Positions 30,361 through 39,368 of a DNA stretch of 64,000 bases are shown piece after piece. Both the position numbers and the translations under genes were made by a program. How positions within the stretch are numbered: the stretch's first letter is position 1; every line of letters begins with the position of its first letter. The DNA is from Nitrospira sp. GTDB taxonomy: Bacteria > Nitrospirota > Nitrospiria > Nitrospirales > Nitrospiraceae. The stretch covers positions 5,566 through 69,565 of the forward strand of contig JALDRG010000016.1 of NCBI GenBank assembly GCA_031315995.1, read 5' to 3'. The notes beneath the pieces were generated by a model. That model was not told where the DNA came from. It saw only the letters and a list, made by a program, of their open reading frames with translations, and ran no database searches.

Positions 30361-30723
30361 ATGCGCGATGACAGTTTCAAAGACTTCGTATTGGATCAGC
30401 TCGGTGAGATGGCCGAGCTCACCGCCAAATCTATGTTCGGCGGATACGGCCTCTACCACCGAACGACGTTCTTCGGCATCATCCACAAAGGTCGGCTCTA
30501 TTTTAAAACCAATGCGCTGACGAAACCGGCCTATGTCTCACGCGGCATGCAACCCTTCCGTCCCAATGCCAAGCAGACGCTCAAACAATATTACGAAGTG
30601 CCGGTGGAGATTCTCGAAGTGGCGGAACATCTCATCGCCTGGGCAGAGACCGCCGTGACGCCGCCCACCGCACAATTATCCCTGCCCTATGCCGGCACGT
30701 CTCACGAGATCGGTCTTGCATGA
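30361..30723 (+). CDS. TfoX/Sxy N-terminal domain protein
   Basis: DFVLDQL...KSMFGGYGLY...LYFKT...YYEVP; start re-called at 30361. Confidence 0.85.
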   Translation: MRDDSFKDFVLDQLGEMAELTAKSMFGGYGLYHRTTFFGIIHKGRLYFKTNALTKPAYVSRGMQPFRPNAKQTLKQYYEVPVEILEVAEHLIAWAETAVTPPTAQLSLPYAGTSHEIGLA

Positions 30724-31295
30724 TGGATGAGCAGCCGGCCGAGCCCCACGCCACAGTCTGGACGATCGGTCACTCGACTCGTTCGAGCGATGAGTTCCTG
30801 ACGCTGCTCCACGAACATGCCATCCTCCGCCTCATCGACATCCGCCGATATGCGGGCTCGCGACGCTACCCCCACTTTCACTCAGACGCGCTGCGCAAGA
30901 CGCTCGTCGATGCTGGGCTGGAGTACCACCATCTGGTGGGATTGGGCGGCAGGCGAACAACCCGTCCGGACTCTCCGAACAGCGGCTGGAAGAATGCCGG
31001 CTTTCGCGGCTATGCGGATTACATGGGCACGGAGCCCTTTCAGGATGCGTTGCGCGAACTCATGGACCACGCCGCCGCCTCAAGAACAGCCATCATGTGC
31101 GCGGAGGCGGTTCCCTGGCGTTGCCATCGCTCATTGGTGGCCGATGCCCTCGTGACTCACGATTGGCAGGTCACCCACATCATGGGCCCAGGCCAGGTGA
31201 AGCTCCATCACCTGACGGCGTTTGCCGTGATTGAAGCCGGCCGTCTCGTCTATCCTGCTCCGGCCGATCAAGATACCCCGCCTCGCCTATTCTGA
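30720..31295 (+). CDS. DUF488 family protein
   Basis: WTIGHSTRS, LGGRR, FRGYADYM, IMCAEAVPWRCHRSLVADAL. Confidence 0.88.
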   Translation: MMDEQPAEPHATVWTIGHSTRSSDEFLTLLHEHAILRLIDIRRYAGSRRYPHFHSDALRKTLVDAGLEYHHLVGLGGRRTTRPDSPNSGWKNAGFRGYADYMGTEPFQDALRELMDHAAASRTAIMCAEAVPWRCHRSLVADALVTHDWQVTHIMGPGQVKLHHLTAFAVIEAGRLVYPAPADQDTPPRLF

Positions 31296-31344
31296 CTCGC
31301 GCCTCCTCGTTGCCTTCATCCCTGTGATTCTGCAGACTACAGCG

Positions 31345-31722
31345 ATGTGGTATCGAATCAGCGCCGATTTCGTGCTGCTGCTTCACCTGGCCTTTGTGCT
31401 GTACGTTGTCGCCGGTGGTCTGTTGGTGCTGAAATGGCCTCGCATCGCATGGTTGCACCTGCCGGCGGCGCTCTGGGGCGCGGCCGTTGAGTTCACCGGA
31501 TGGATTTGCCCACTCACCCCATTGGAGAATACCTTGCGGACCATGGCAGGTGAATCAGCCTCCGATTCCGATTTCATTGGCCGCGCCCTCCTCCCTCTGC
31601 TCTATCCCGCAGGACTCACACGCAACGCACAACTTGTGCTGGGGACAACGGTCGTGCTGGCGAATGCGGCGGTCTACTGGTGGGTCTTCAGCGAGTCAGC
31701 CGGGAGACGAGAAACAAATTGA
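31345..31722 (+). CDS. DUF2784 family membrane protein
   Basis: ADFVLLLHLAF...WICPLTPLEN...LLYP; start re-called at MWYRI. Confidence 0.82.
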   Translation: MWYRISADFVLLLHLAFVLYVVAGGLLVLKWPRIAWLHLPAALWGAAVEFTGWICPLTPLENTLRTMAGESASDSDFIGRALLPLLYPAGLTRNAQLVLGTTVVLANAAVYWWVFSESAGRRETN

Positions 31723-31727
31723 CCTGC

Positions 31728-32312
31728 TTACCCGGCGGGCTCGTTCTGCGTCGAGGTCATCACCAGGGCTAGGCAACCCTGCTCACTCGATGTGACGGGA
31801 TGGACGGTACCGGCTTCGGCGCGGTGGTAGTCCCCCACCTGGAGGCACTCACCGGCGCACATGCAGCTCCCTTCCAATACATACAACTCTTCGACCTGCC
31901 GGTGACGGTGCGCCACAAGCGTTCCTCCCGGGGCCAATCGCAGCAACATCGTGGTCCTCGCCCCGGCGGGATCGTTGAACAACACTTTCATGGACAGGCC
32001 CGGACCCAGCTCTTGCCAGGTCAGACTCGTCGACCGGACGAAGGTTAACCCCTCGCTGCCTTGCTCCCCCTGGGGCTCCTGGGCGATACGCGCCATGAGC
32101 CGTGCCTTGAGTGAAGCTGGAGGCGTCATCACGGGACCGCTGAAGGCCAGCTCTTGCACCACCTCCTGGAACGCGGCGACCTGCTGCCGGACTGCCGCAG
32201 GCGCCCTCTCGAGCGACAGCTCGAACCGTCGCTGTTCGTCATCCCCCAAAGCGTCTAAGGCGTAGAGCGCCGCAAGTTCAGCCGCCTCGTCCTGGTGGCG
32301 TGGATCACTCAT
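31728..32312 (-). CDS. Anti-sigma factor with ChrR-like cupin domain
   Basis: N-terminal AAELAALYALDAL; cupin HRH...EELYVLEG...GDYH...H. 4-nt overlap with the sigma gene. Confidence 0.82.
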   Translation of the reverse strand: MSDPRHQDEAAELAALYALDALGDDEQRRFELSLERAPAAVRQQVAAFQEVVQELAFSGPVMTPPASLKARLMARIAQEPQGEQGSEGLTFVRSTSLTWQELGPGLSMKVLFNDPAGARTTMLLRLAPGGTLVAHRHRQVEELYVLEGSCMCAGECLQVGDYHRAEAGTVHPVTSSEQGCLALVMTSTQNEPAG

Positions 32313-32929
32313 GACCGCAGCCCTTCTCCGTGCGGGGCCAAGACTTCTCGCAATTTGATCATGCCCATTCTCATCCGGGTCTTGACGGTCCCCAGCGGCA
32401 GCGTCAGTCGATCGGCGATATCGCGATGACTCAAGCCCCAATAGTACGCCAAGGTAATCGTCTGGCGCTGCTCGGCGGAGAGACTCGCCATGGCTTCCTG
32501 CACCGCACGCTGCCGTTCCCTCCCTACACTGTATTGCTCAGGTGTCGCCGCCTCTTCCGGCAACTCCGCCATCTGGTCGAGGGGGACATGCCGCCCCCGC
32601 TCCAGAGACCTGCTCCGGAAGCGGTCGATGGCTCGGGTCTTCGCCAGCGTCATCAACCACCCCCCTGGAGTCCCCCGCTTCGCATCATAGGCCGATGCCC
32701 GCCGCCAGACTTGCGTGTAGACATCCACCGTGACTTCCTCCGCCGTCGGTCGATCCCCAAGTATCTTCATGGCCAACCCGAACACGTTGGCGCTACTCGC
32801 ATCATAGAACTCCGCGAGCGCGGTCCGATCGCCGACGGCCATACGCGCGAGAAGTCCCCTCCATTGCTGCTCATGCATTGAAGATGCGTGTGCCACGGCC
32901 TGTGATTCAAACATGGACATCCTCGTCAA
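32309..32929 (-). CDS. ECF RNA polymerase sigma factor (SigK-like)
   Basis: Region 2 (AEEVTVDVYTQVW, WLMTLAKTRAIDRFR) and region 4 (LAYYWGLSHRDIA...TVKTRMR). The true start may be 32920 or 32914. Confidence 0.92.
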   Translation of the reverse strand: MTRMSMFESQAVAHASSMHEQQWRGLLARMAVGDRTALAEFYDASSANVFGLAMKILGDRPTAEEVTVDVYTQVWRRASAYDAKRGTPGGWLMTLAKTRAIDRFRSRSLERGRHVPLDQMAELPEEAATPEQYSVGRERQRAVQEAMASLSAEQRQTITLAYYWGLSHRDIADRLTLPLGTVKTRMRMGMIKLREVLAPHGEGLRS

Positions 32930-33034
32930 GAACTACGAGTCTACCCGGTGAATCAGATTCCCTCTGCCTATGCCGATCCTCCGAAACTGTAGCACCAGAA
33001 TAATCGGGGCACAACGAGGTTTTTTGTTCCCTGG

Positions 33035-33062
33035 AAATCCAACTGTCGCTCCACTTCGTAAT
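33035..33062 (+). promoter_or_regulatory. Putative ECF promoter for the truncated haemoglobin gene
   Basis: AAATCC-N16-CGTAAT, resembling the xxATCC-N16-CGTA ECF promoter type. Confidence 0.45.
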
Positions 33063-33135
33063 TCCAGACAGAGAGCCGGTCGATATCGATACAAACCCGG
33101 CCCAACAGGCAGCCCCATAACCAGGAGGTACTCTC

Positions 33136-33612
33136 ATGTCGCAACCAATGGCATCCCTCTCCTTGATCCTTGGCCTCGCGCTCACCGTCGCGGCCTGCAA
33201 TAGCCTGGGCTCAAGCCCAGCCGGCTCCGCAACTGTCGAGAAATCACTGTACGATCGATTAGGCGGGAAAACAGCCATCACCGCAGTGGTGGAGGACTTC
33301 GTCGGTCGTGTGGCAGCGGACAATCGCATTAATGGCAAATTTGCGAATGCCAATATTCCACGCCTGAAATCCATGCTCGTCGACCAAATCTGCCAGGCCT
33401 CGGGCGGGCCGTGCACCTACACCGGCCGGGACATGAAACGCACGCATGCGGGCATGGGCGTCAGCAGCAGCGAGTTCGACGCCCTGGTGGGCGACCTCGT
33501 CGCCACGCTGAACAAGTTTAAAGTTCCTGAGCGGGAGAAGAACGAGCTGCTCGGCGCGCTGGGCCCGATGAAGGGTGACATTGTCGAGAAGCCGATGGCC
33601 TCGCTGCAGTAG
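33136..33612 (+). CDS. Group I truncated haemoglobin, lipoprotein
   Basis: [40 protein letters not shown]; lipobox VAAC; GGAGG RBS. Confidence 0.92.
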   Translation: MSQPMASLSLILGLALTVAACNSLGSSPAGSATVEKSLYDRLGGKTAITAVVEDFVGRVAADNRINGKFANANIPRLKSMLVDQICQASGGPCTYTGRDMKRTHAGMGVSSSEFDALVGDLVATLNKFKVPEREKNELLGALGPMKGDIVEKPMASLQ

Positions 33613-33817
33613 CTGCCCGCGCACTCAGCGCAGTGGCCGGAGCAACCGCAGGGTTGGCCCGGCCACTACCCCCACACCCTCGCCGCCACATCATGCCGGT
33701 CTCCCAAGGCGATCTCATCTCCATACCGTCTCCAGGCTCATTCGCTCCACAGGCGTCTCTTCCTATATAGTCAGTTCCACCGGCCGCAGGCCGTCGGTGC
33801 CTGGTCTTCAACGGAGC

Positions 33818-35212
33818 ATGACAGCCGTGGGCACACAATCCCGACCACTTAAAAATCGTGCAGGCGTAGTAGCCCTCGTCGCGCTTGGGACTCTCGTCCT
33901 TGCAGGCCTCGTCTGGTTTGCCGATCGATACGATGACCGGCCTCGGCAGGCGGTTGACCTGACGGCCTTCGCGGAAGACAGATATCCCGAAAATCCTGAG
34001 CTCATCAGTCAGGTCTTTGGAAAGTATTCTCATCGTCAGCTGATCATCCAACAACTCGGAGATAGTCGCTTCCGCCTCCTTCTACAACCTGCGACGTCCG
34101 AGGCTGCCGCGGTCGAGCTGACCGATATCGATCTCGCACATTTTGTCGCGGCAGTCCCCGCCTATGCAAAGACCGATGCGGATCTGACGCGAGTGGGATT
34201 GATCGACCGCGAATGGAACCGTCAACAAGTTCGCTTCGCGCGGCATTCCCCTCACGTGCATGTGCGCAAGGGAGGCGACGGTTTCGAGCAACGCGCGCTG
34301 AGCCGCATCGACCTTGCCCGTAACTGCCTCAACGCCGGTTTATGGGAATTAATACTGTTCACCATAGAAGCGGGCGAGGAGCGGGTCTATGAACATCTCT
34401 GGTTCACATTTCCGTTGGGACTGTACAAGATGCTCTTCGAACGCGTGAACGGTCTGTCGTATTGGTCACACTGGTGGTCGCTCGAACACTGGACGGATCC
34501 CTCAGGAACGCGGATCCCGATGGAGCGGATTCGGACAGTCGAACAGCAATGGCCGGTTCAAGCCAAGATAGGCTGGGACGAACCTGTCGCAATGCAGGGA
34601 GAGCAAGCCCGGAAGCGGAGGAACATTCTGACGCCCATCGCCGCGACCTACCGGGACTGGTATACCCGGCCGGCGCGGTTCGCGAGCTTCATTCCACCGG
34701 GACGGTATTCCCGGGCTCATCCGCGGGACACCGAACTACACTATCTCGCCGATTTGGTTGGTGCGACCGTCCGGCGGGTAACAGTCATCAAGGACTCACA
34801 CCCTCTCTTAGAGATCGACCTCGCCTTTCGCAGCAGCAAGACTGGAGAAGCAACCCGGCTCATTCTCGGCGGATTCGATGGGGCTGCCATTCCAGTGTTG
34901 CCATCAGCACATTACGATCGTGGCTGGCAGGTTCCCCTCGGCATCGGCAATCCCGGGTTCTTTGAATCCTACGAACAGGTGACTACCCATCCTCCCGTGC
35001 AACGAAGTTTCTACGGATTTCATTTGGACAGGGAAGACCGATGGCTGAATCATCATGCCATCGGCGTCGATGGGCCGCTCCTGCATTGGGACGCCGATGA
35101 TCCCTCGCGTCTCCATCTGTATCTTCTGAGTTACGAGCGGCACGCACTCTTGAACCATGTCGTCCTCACGATGCCGGCAGATCTCATGCGACCTGCCGGC
35201 CATATTCGCTAA
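33818..35212 (+). CDS. Membrane-anchored hypothetical protein (~464 aa)
   Basis: Long ORF; start re-called at MTAVG with GGAG RBS; one N-terminal TM. No family recognised. Confidence 0.7.
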   Translation: MTAVGTQSRPLKNRAGVVALVALGTLVLAGLVWFADRYDDRPRQAVDLTAFAEDRYPENPELISQVFGKYSHRQLIIQQLGDSRFRLLLQPATSEAAAVELTDIDLAHFVAAVPAYAKTDADLTRVGLIDREWNRQQVRFARHSPHVHVRKGGDGFEQRALSRIDLARNCLNAGLWELILFTIEAGEERVYEHLWFTFPLGLYKMLFERVNGLSYWSHWWSLEHWTDPSGTRIPMERIRTVEQQWPVQAKIGWDEPVAMQGEQARKRRNILTPIAATYRDWYTRPARFASFIPPGRYSRAHPRDTELHYLADLVGATVRRVTVIKDSHPLLEIDLAFRSSKTGEATRLILGGFDGAAIPVLPSAHYDRGWQVPLGIGNPGFFESYEQVTTHPPVQRSFYGFHLDREDRWLNHHAIGVDGPLLHWDADDPSRLHLYLLSYERHALLNHVVLTMPADLMRPAGHIR

Positions 35213-35474
35213 GACCATGGATCAGAGCGGTCGGCGCGCCCAGATCACGCGATCAGCGGCAGGCATGGGCTTACCCACGCGACGACCGGTTTCTCTCAAT
35301 GACGCGTTCCGTAAAAAAAATCCACCGCTCCGGATTCCCCTGGCAAGAACGCCGCGCCCATCATCGTTTCGAGTGGTAGGTGACCCTTCACTCATGCCAT
35401 ATGCTGAAGCAGCAAAATCTTCCGTCGTTCATTGTACGATTCATTGTCAGGCCCGCTTTTCTACAAAAACGAGA

Positions 35475-35505
35475 TTGACCTTTATCAGAATGATCGGTGC
35501 ATAAT
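35475..35505 (+). promoter_or_regulatory. Sigma70-like promoter with 19-bp spacer (MerR-type geometry)
   Basis: TTGACC-N19-CATAAT containing ACC-N15-GGT. Confidence 0.4.
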
Positions 35506-35542
35506 CGTACCCCGATGAGGGCTACAAAGGGTGAGGGAGACC

Positions 35543-36730
35543 ATGCCAATAGACGACATCACGCAGAAAGTCAGCGACCGATATGCCAGGGCAGCGGCCA
35601 CGGGCGAACAGATGTGCTGTCCGACGGGATACGATTTTGCCGACCTCAAATCATTCGTCCTTGAAGAAGTTCTGACCATCTCCTACGGCTGTGGCACCCC
35701 CGCAGGTCTGAATACGGTTCAATCGGGCGAAACCGTCCTGGATATCGGCTCGGGCGGAGGAATCGACTGTTTTGAAGCCGCCCGCCGAGTGGGACCCACC
35801 GGCCGGGTCATCGGAATCGATATGACCGACACGATGTTGGAAATCGCCCGCCGCAATGCCCCCATCGTCGCCGGGAACCTGGGGTACGCGAACTCGAATG
35901 TCGAATTCCGCAAAGGGATGGCCGATGCCATGCCGGTGGAGGACGCCAGCGTCGATCTGATCATTTCCAATTGTGTGATTAACTTGGCGCCCGACAAACG
36001 GAAGGTCTTCCGCGAAATGTACCGGGTGATCAAACCGGGCGGCCGGTTTACGATTTCCGACATCGTGTCCGATCAGGTCGTGCCCCAATACCTGGTGCAC
36101 GATGCCGCCAAGTGGGGCGACTGCCTCTCCGGCGCGTTGCAGGTGCAGGACTACATCGGCGGGATGGTCGATGCGGGATTTCGTGCCGTCCACCAGATTA
36201 AGTCCACACCCTGGCAGTCCATCGACGGCATCCACTTTTTATCGGTCACGCTGACCGGATACAAGTTTCCACCTGTCGCCGACAAGACGGCCCCCTCCTA
36301 TGCCACCCTCCGGGGTCCTTTCTTGAGCGTCACGGATGAATTGGGGCAACGGTACGAACGCGGCATTCCACAAGCCATCGATGCCCATAGCGCGCAACTA
36401 TTGCAGAGCGAGCCGCTGCGCTCGCTTTTTCTGATCGGCCCCGCACCCATCGCGATCCACGCCACCGACCCGCGCTGGTGCGCGATCCTCCCGGATGAGA
36501 AGCCCTGTGTCTGGCAGAGCGCCTATGCCATTCTGACCGGACCGATCATCACTGCCGAAGACGACGATCACCACCAGTACTACCGTGGCGTGCCGCTGGA
36601 AATTTGTTCAAAGACCCTTCAAGTCCTGACACATGAGGCGTATGGTCCTCACTTTACAATCTACCAACGGGCCTCCACGGGTGTGACCGGCACCGAAGTC
36701 GCGTGCAGCCCGACCGGCGGCTGTTGCTGA
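35543..36730 (+). CDS. arsM: Arsenite methyltransferase-like protein with C-terminal extension (arsenosugar-associated ArsM type)
   Basis: MCCP, SYGCGTP, VLDIGSGGG, ISNCVINL, WGDCLSGA; ~150-aa extra domain ending GGCC; upstream of arsS. Confidence 0.8.
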   Translation: MPIDDITQKVSDRYARAAATGEQMCCPTGYDFADLKSFVLEEVLTISYGCGTPAGLNTVQSGETVLDIGSGGGIDCFEAARRVGPTGRVIGIDMTDTMLEIARRNAPIVAGNLGYANSNVEFRKGMADAMPVEDASVDLIISNCVINLAPDKRKVFREMYRVIKPGGRFTISDIVSDQVVPQYLVHDAAKWGDCLSGALQVQDYIGGMVDAGFRAVHQIKSTPWQSIDGIHFLSVTLTGYKFPPVADKTAPSYATLRGPFLSVTDELGQRYERGIPQAIDAHSAQLLQSEPLRSLFLIGPAPIAIHATDPRWCAILPDEKPCVWQSAYAILTGPIITAEDDDHHQYYRGVPLEICSKTLQVLTHEAYGPHFTIYQRASTGVTGTEVACSPTGGCC

Positions 36731-36764
36731 GCGTGGCCTTGAGGCTGGGGAAAGGGTCGATCCG

Positions 36765-37802
36765 ATGGGTCTAAGCCTGCTCGCTCGACGAGACCCGCTT
36801 GCGGCCCCGTCAGAACAGCTGCGTCTCCTAGCGCAGCCGACGGCGTGCGCGCCATTCGACAGGGCCCTGGATCAGGCAGGACTCTCGCCTCTCGAGGCGA
36901 ACGGCATCACGACGCTCCAACTCAATCTCGGCAAGCTCTGCAATCAAACCTGCCGACATTGCCACGTGGATGCCGGTCCGGATCGAACGGAGGTCATGTC
37001 GAAAGACACCCTCGATCTGTGTCTCCAAGCCCTCGCTCGCACGGATATTCCCACGGTAGATATCACGGGAGGCGCCCCCGAACTCAATCCGCACTTTCGA
37101 TGGCTCGTCGAACAGGCCAAATCGCTCGGCCGTCAGGTGCTGGACCGGTGCAATCTTTCCGTCCTGCTCTTACCGTCACAAGCGGATCTGGGAGAATTTC
37201 TGGCACAACACCGCGTGGAGGTCATTGCGTCGCTGCCTTCCTATCAGGCGACACAAACGGACGCCCAACGCGGGGAAGGTATCTTTGACAAATCGATTGA
37301 GGCTCTCCGGTTATTGAACCGACTGGGCTATGGCAAGGAGGGCACCGGACTCACGCTGAACCTCGTGTACAACCCGGTCGGCGCCTTTCTTCCGCCGAAG
37401 CAGGAGGGGATCGAGACCAAGTTTCGGAAAGAACTGGCGGCACATCACGGCGTCAGCTTCACGCGCCTCTATACGATTACCAATATGCCCATCAGCCGAT
37501 TTCTGGAGTTCCTCAGGGAGAGCGGCAACTACGACAGCTACATGCAACGGCTAGCCGCGGCGTTCAATCCCACGGCGGCAGCAGGGGTGATGTGTCGCTA
37601 TACCCTGTCGGTCGGGTGGGACGGTACGCTTTACGATTGCGACTTCAATCAGATGCTGGAATTGCCGGTCTCGCAAGGGACACCCAGGCATATTCGAAAC
37701 TTCAATCCGGCGCTCTTACACCGTCGCCGGATCGTGACGCGGAACCATTGCTACGGATGTACGGCCGGATCCGGCTCGTCCTGCGGCGGCGCTGTCACCT
37801 AG
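36765..37802 (+). CDS. arsS: Radical SAM / Cys-rich protein, arsenosugar biosynthesis ArsS family
   Basis: LQLNLGKLCNQTCRHC, DITGGAPELNP, VMCR, YDCDFNQ, HCYGCTAGSGSSCGG. Confidence 0.88.
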   Translation: MGLSLLARRDPLAAPSEQLRLLAQPTACAPFDRALDQAGLSPLEANGITTLQLNLGKLCNQTCRHCHVDAGPDRTEVMSKDTLDLCLQALARTDIPTVDITGGAPELNPHFRWLVEQAKSLGRQVLDRCNLSVLLLPSQADLGEFLAQHRVEVIASLPSYQATQTDAQRGEGIFDKSIEALRLLNRLGYGKEGTGLTLNLVYNPVGAFLPPKQEGIETKFRKELAAHHGVSFTRLYTITNMPISRFLEFLRESGNYDSYMQRLAAAFNPTAAAGVMCRYTLSVGWDGTLYDCDFNQMLELPVSQGTPRHIRNFNPALLHRRRIVTRNHCYGCTAGSGSSCGGAVT

Positions 37803-38239
37803 CGGGCCCCCGGTGTGAACGGCGTCGTGTCCTGAGTCAGGAACGTCTTGATACGCGTAAAAATCTCCTGACGGACCCGTCGAAACAGAGTTCGACGGGC
37901 TTCGTCCGAATCAGTGGCTCCGGCCGGATCGTCGAAACTCCAATGCGACAGATGCGTGGGGCCAGACCAGGTGGGGCAAGATTCTTTTGCCCGGTCGCAG
38001 ACCGTAATCACGTGGTCGAACGGTTGCGCCACGAATTCAGACACATGCTTGGAACGGTGTCCCGAGATGTCGATCCCCACCTCTGCCATGGCTTCAACCG
38101 AACTTGGATTCAGACCGACCGGGTGAGTGCCCGCGCTGTACACCTCGAACTGATCACCTGCCAGATGCCGTAACCACCCCTCCGCCATCTGACTGCGCGC
38201 GGAATTCCCGGTGCAGAGAAACAAAACCCGCGACTTCAT
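37799..38239 (-). CDS. arsC: Arsenate reductase, LMW-PTP fold (thioredoxin type)
   Basis: CTGNSARSQMAE, ITVCDRAKESCP, WSFDDP. Confidence 0.92.
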   Translation of the reverse strand: MKSRVLFLCTGNSARSQMAEGWLRHLAGDQFEVYSAGTHPVGLNPSSVEAMAEVGIDISGHRSKHVSEFVAQPFDHVITVCDRAKESCPTWSGPTHLSHWSFDDPAGATDSDEARRTLFRRVRQEIFTRIKTFLTQDTTPFTPGAR

Positions 38240-39330
38240 GCGGCGACCTCCTGATCGAACCAGTGTCTGGTGTGGTTACACACACTGCAGACGGATAACA
38301 TGACCGGCACTTCCACCAACACTCCGACCACCGTGGCCAACGCGGCGCCGGACTCCGGGCCGAATAGGGCGATGGCCGTGGCGACAGCAAGTTCGAAGAA
38401 GTTGCTGGCGCCGATCAGCGCTCCTGGTGCTGCGATGGCATATGGCACCCGCCACCGATGCATCAGCCCATAGGCCAGCGACGAATTCATGTAGACCTGC
38501 AGGAGAATCGGCACCGCGATCAGCACCACATGCACCGTCTTCCCCAGGATGTTCTGCGACTGAAACGCGAAAATACACACCAGGGTGAGGAGCAGCGCCG
38601 CCATCGTCACCGGAGCGAACCGCGGCAAGAACTGTTCTTCCATCCAACGCAGCCCGTACCGATGCACCAGCCAGAACCGAAGCCCGGCGCCGACGATCAA
38701 TGGAATCACGATAAAGATCGCCACCGAGTACAGCAGCACATCGAACGGCACGGTCAACGATGACGCTCCGCTGACCAGCAAACCCACAATCGGCACAAAC
38801 AGCACCAGCATGATAAGGTCGTTCACAGCGACCTGGACTAGAGTGTAGGCGGGGTCCCCGTCCGTCAGATAGCTCCACACGAATACCATCGCCGTGCATG
38901 GAGCCGCGGCGAGAATAATGGTGCCCGCAATGTATTGATCGGCCTCGGCAGGGGTGATCCAGATGGAGAATACGTGCCGAAAAAATACCCAGGCAAAGAA
39001 GGCCATGGAGAACGGCTTGACCACCCAATTCACGAAAAGCGTGATCAGGAGTCCGACCGGTCGCGTCCCCACGTTACGAACTGAGGCGAACTCAACCTTC
39101 ATCATCATCGGCACGATCATTAGCCAGATCAACAGGGCGATCGGCAGATTGATATGGCTGCCCTGCCCGATCTCCGCCCCTCGAAGGCTCAACACCAGAC
39201 CAGGCGCCGCCTGCCCGATCAGCACGCCTGCTACCATGCACAACGCCACCCAGAGCGTCAGATATCGTTCAAAGAACGACAGCCGCTTCTCAGGCACATG
39301 CGACGCATCGACCGATAACGCCAGTTCCAT
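38236..39330 (-). CDS. acr3: ACR3 arsenite efflux transporter
   Basis: SFFERYLTLW, APCTAMVFVW, GASNFFELA, GVLVEVP; start re-called at MELALS. Confidence 0.95.
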   Translation of the reverse strand: MELALSVDASHVPEKRLSFFERYLTLWVALCMVAGVLIGQAAPGLVLSLRGAEIGQGSHINLPIALLIWLMIVPMMMKVEFASVRNVGTRPVGLLITLFVNWVVKPFSMAFFAWVFFRHVFSIWITPAEADQYIAGTIILAAAPCTAMVFVWSYLTDGDPAYTLVQVAVNDLIMLVLFVPIVGLLVSGASSLTVPFDVLLYSVAIFIVIPLIVGAGLRFWLVHRYGLRWMEEQFLPRFAPVTMAALLLTLVCIFAFQSQNILGKTVHVVLIAVPILLQVYMNSSLAYGLMHRWRVPYAIAAPGALIGASNFFELAVATAIALFGPESGAALATVVGVLVEVPVMLSVCSVCNHTRHWFDQEVAA

Positions 39331-39368
39331 AGACTGCGCTCCTTCTTCCTTGATGGTGTCCGCCCGAC

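Noticed and set aside
36725-36770. Selenocysteine read-through at the TGA after GGCC of the ArsM-like gene
   Set aside because: Another TGA follows three codons later, I see no SECIS-like hairpin, and ArsS is full-length with Cys only.
37799-38239. ArsC inactive because the P-loop reads CTGNSAR rather than CTGNSCR
   Set aside because: The nucleophilic Cys, the Arg and the distal Cys pair are all present; this variant is common.
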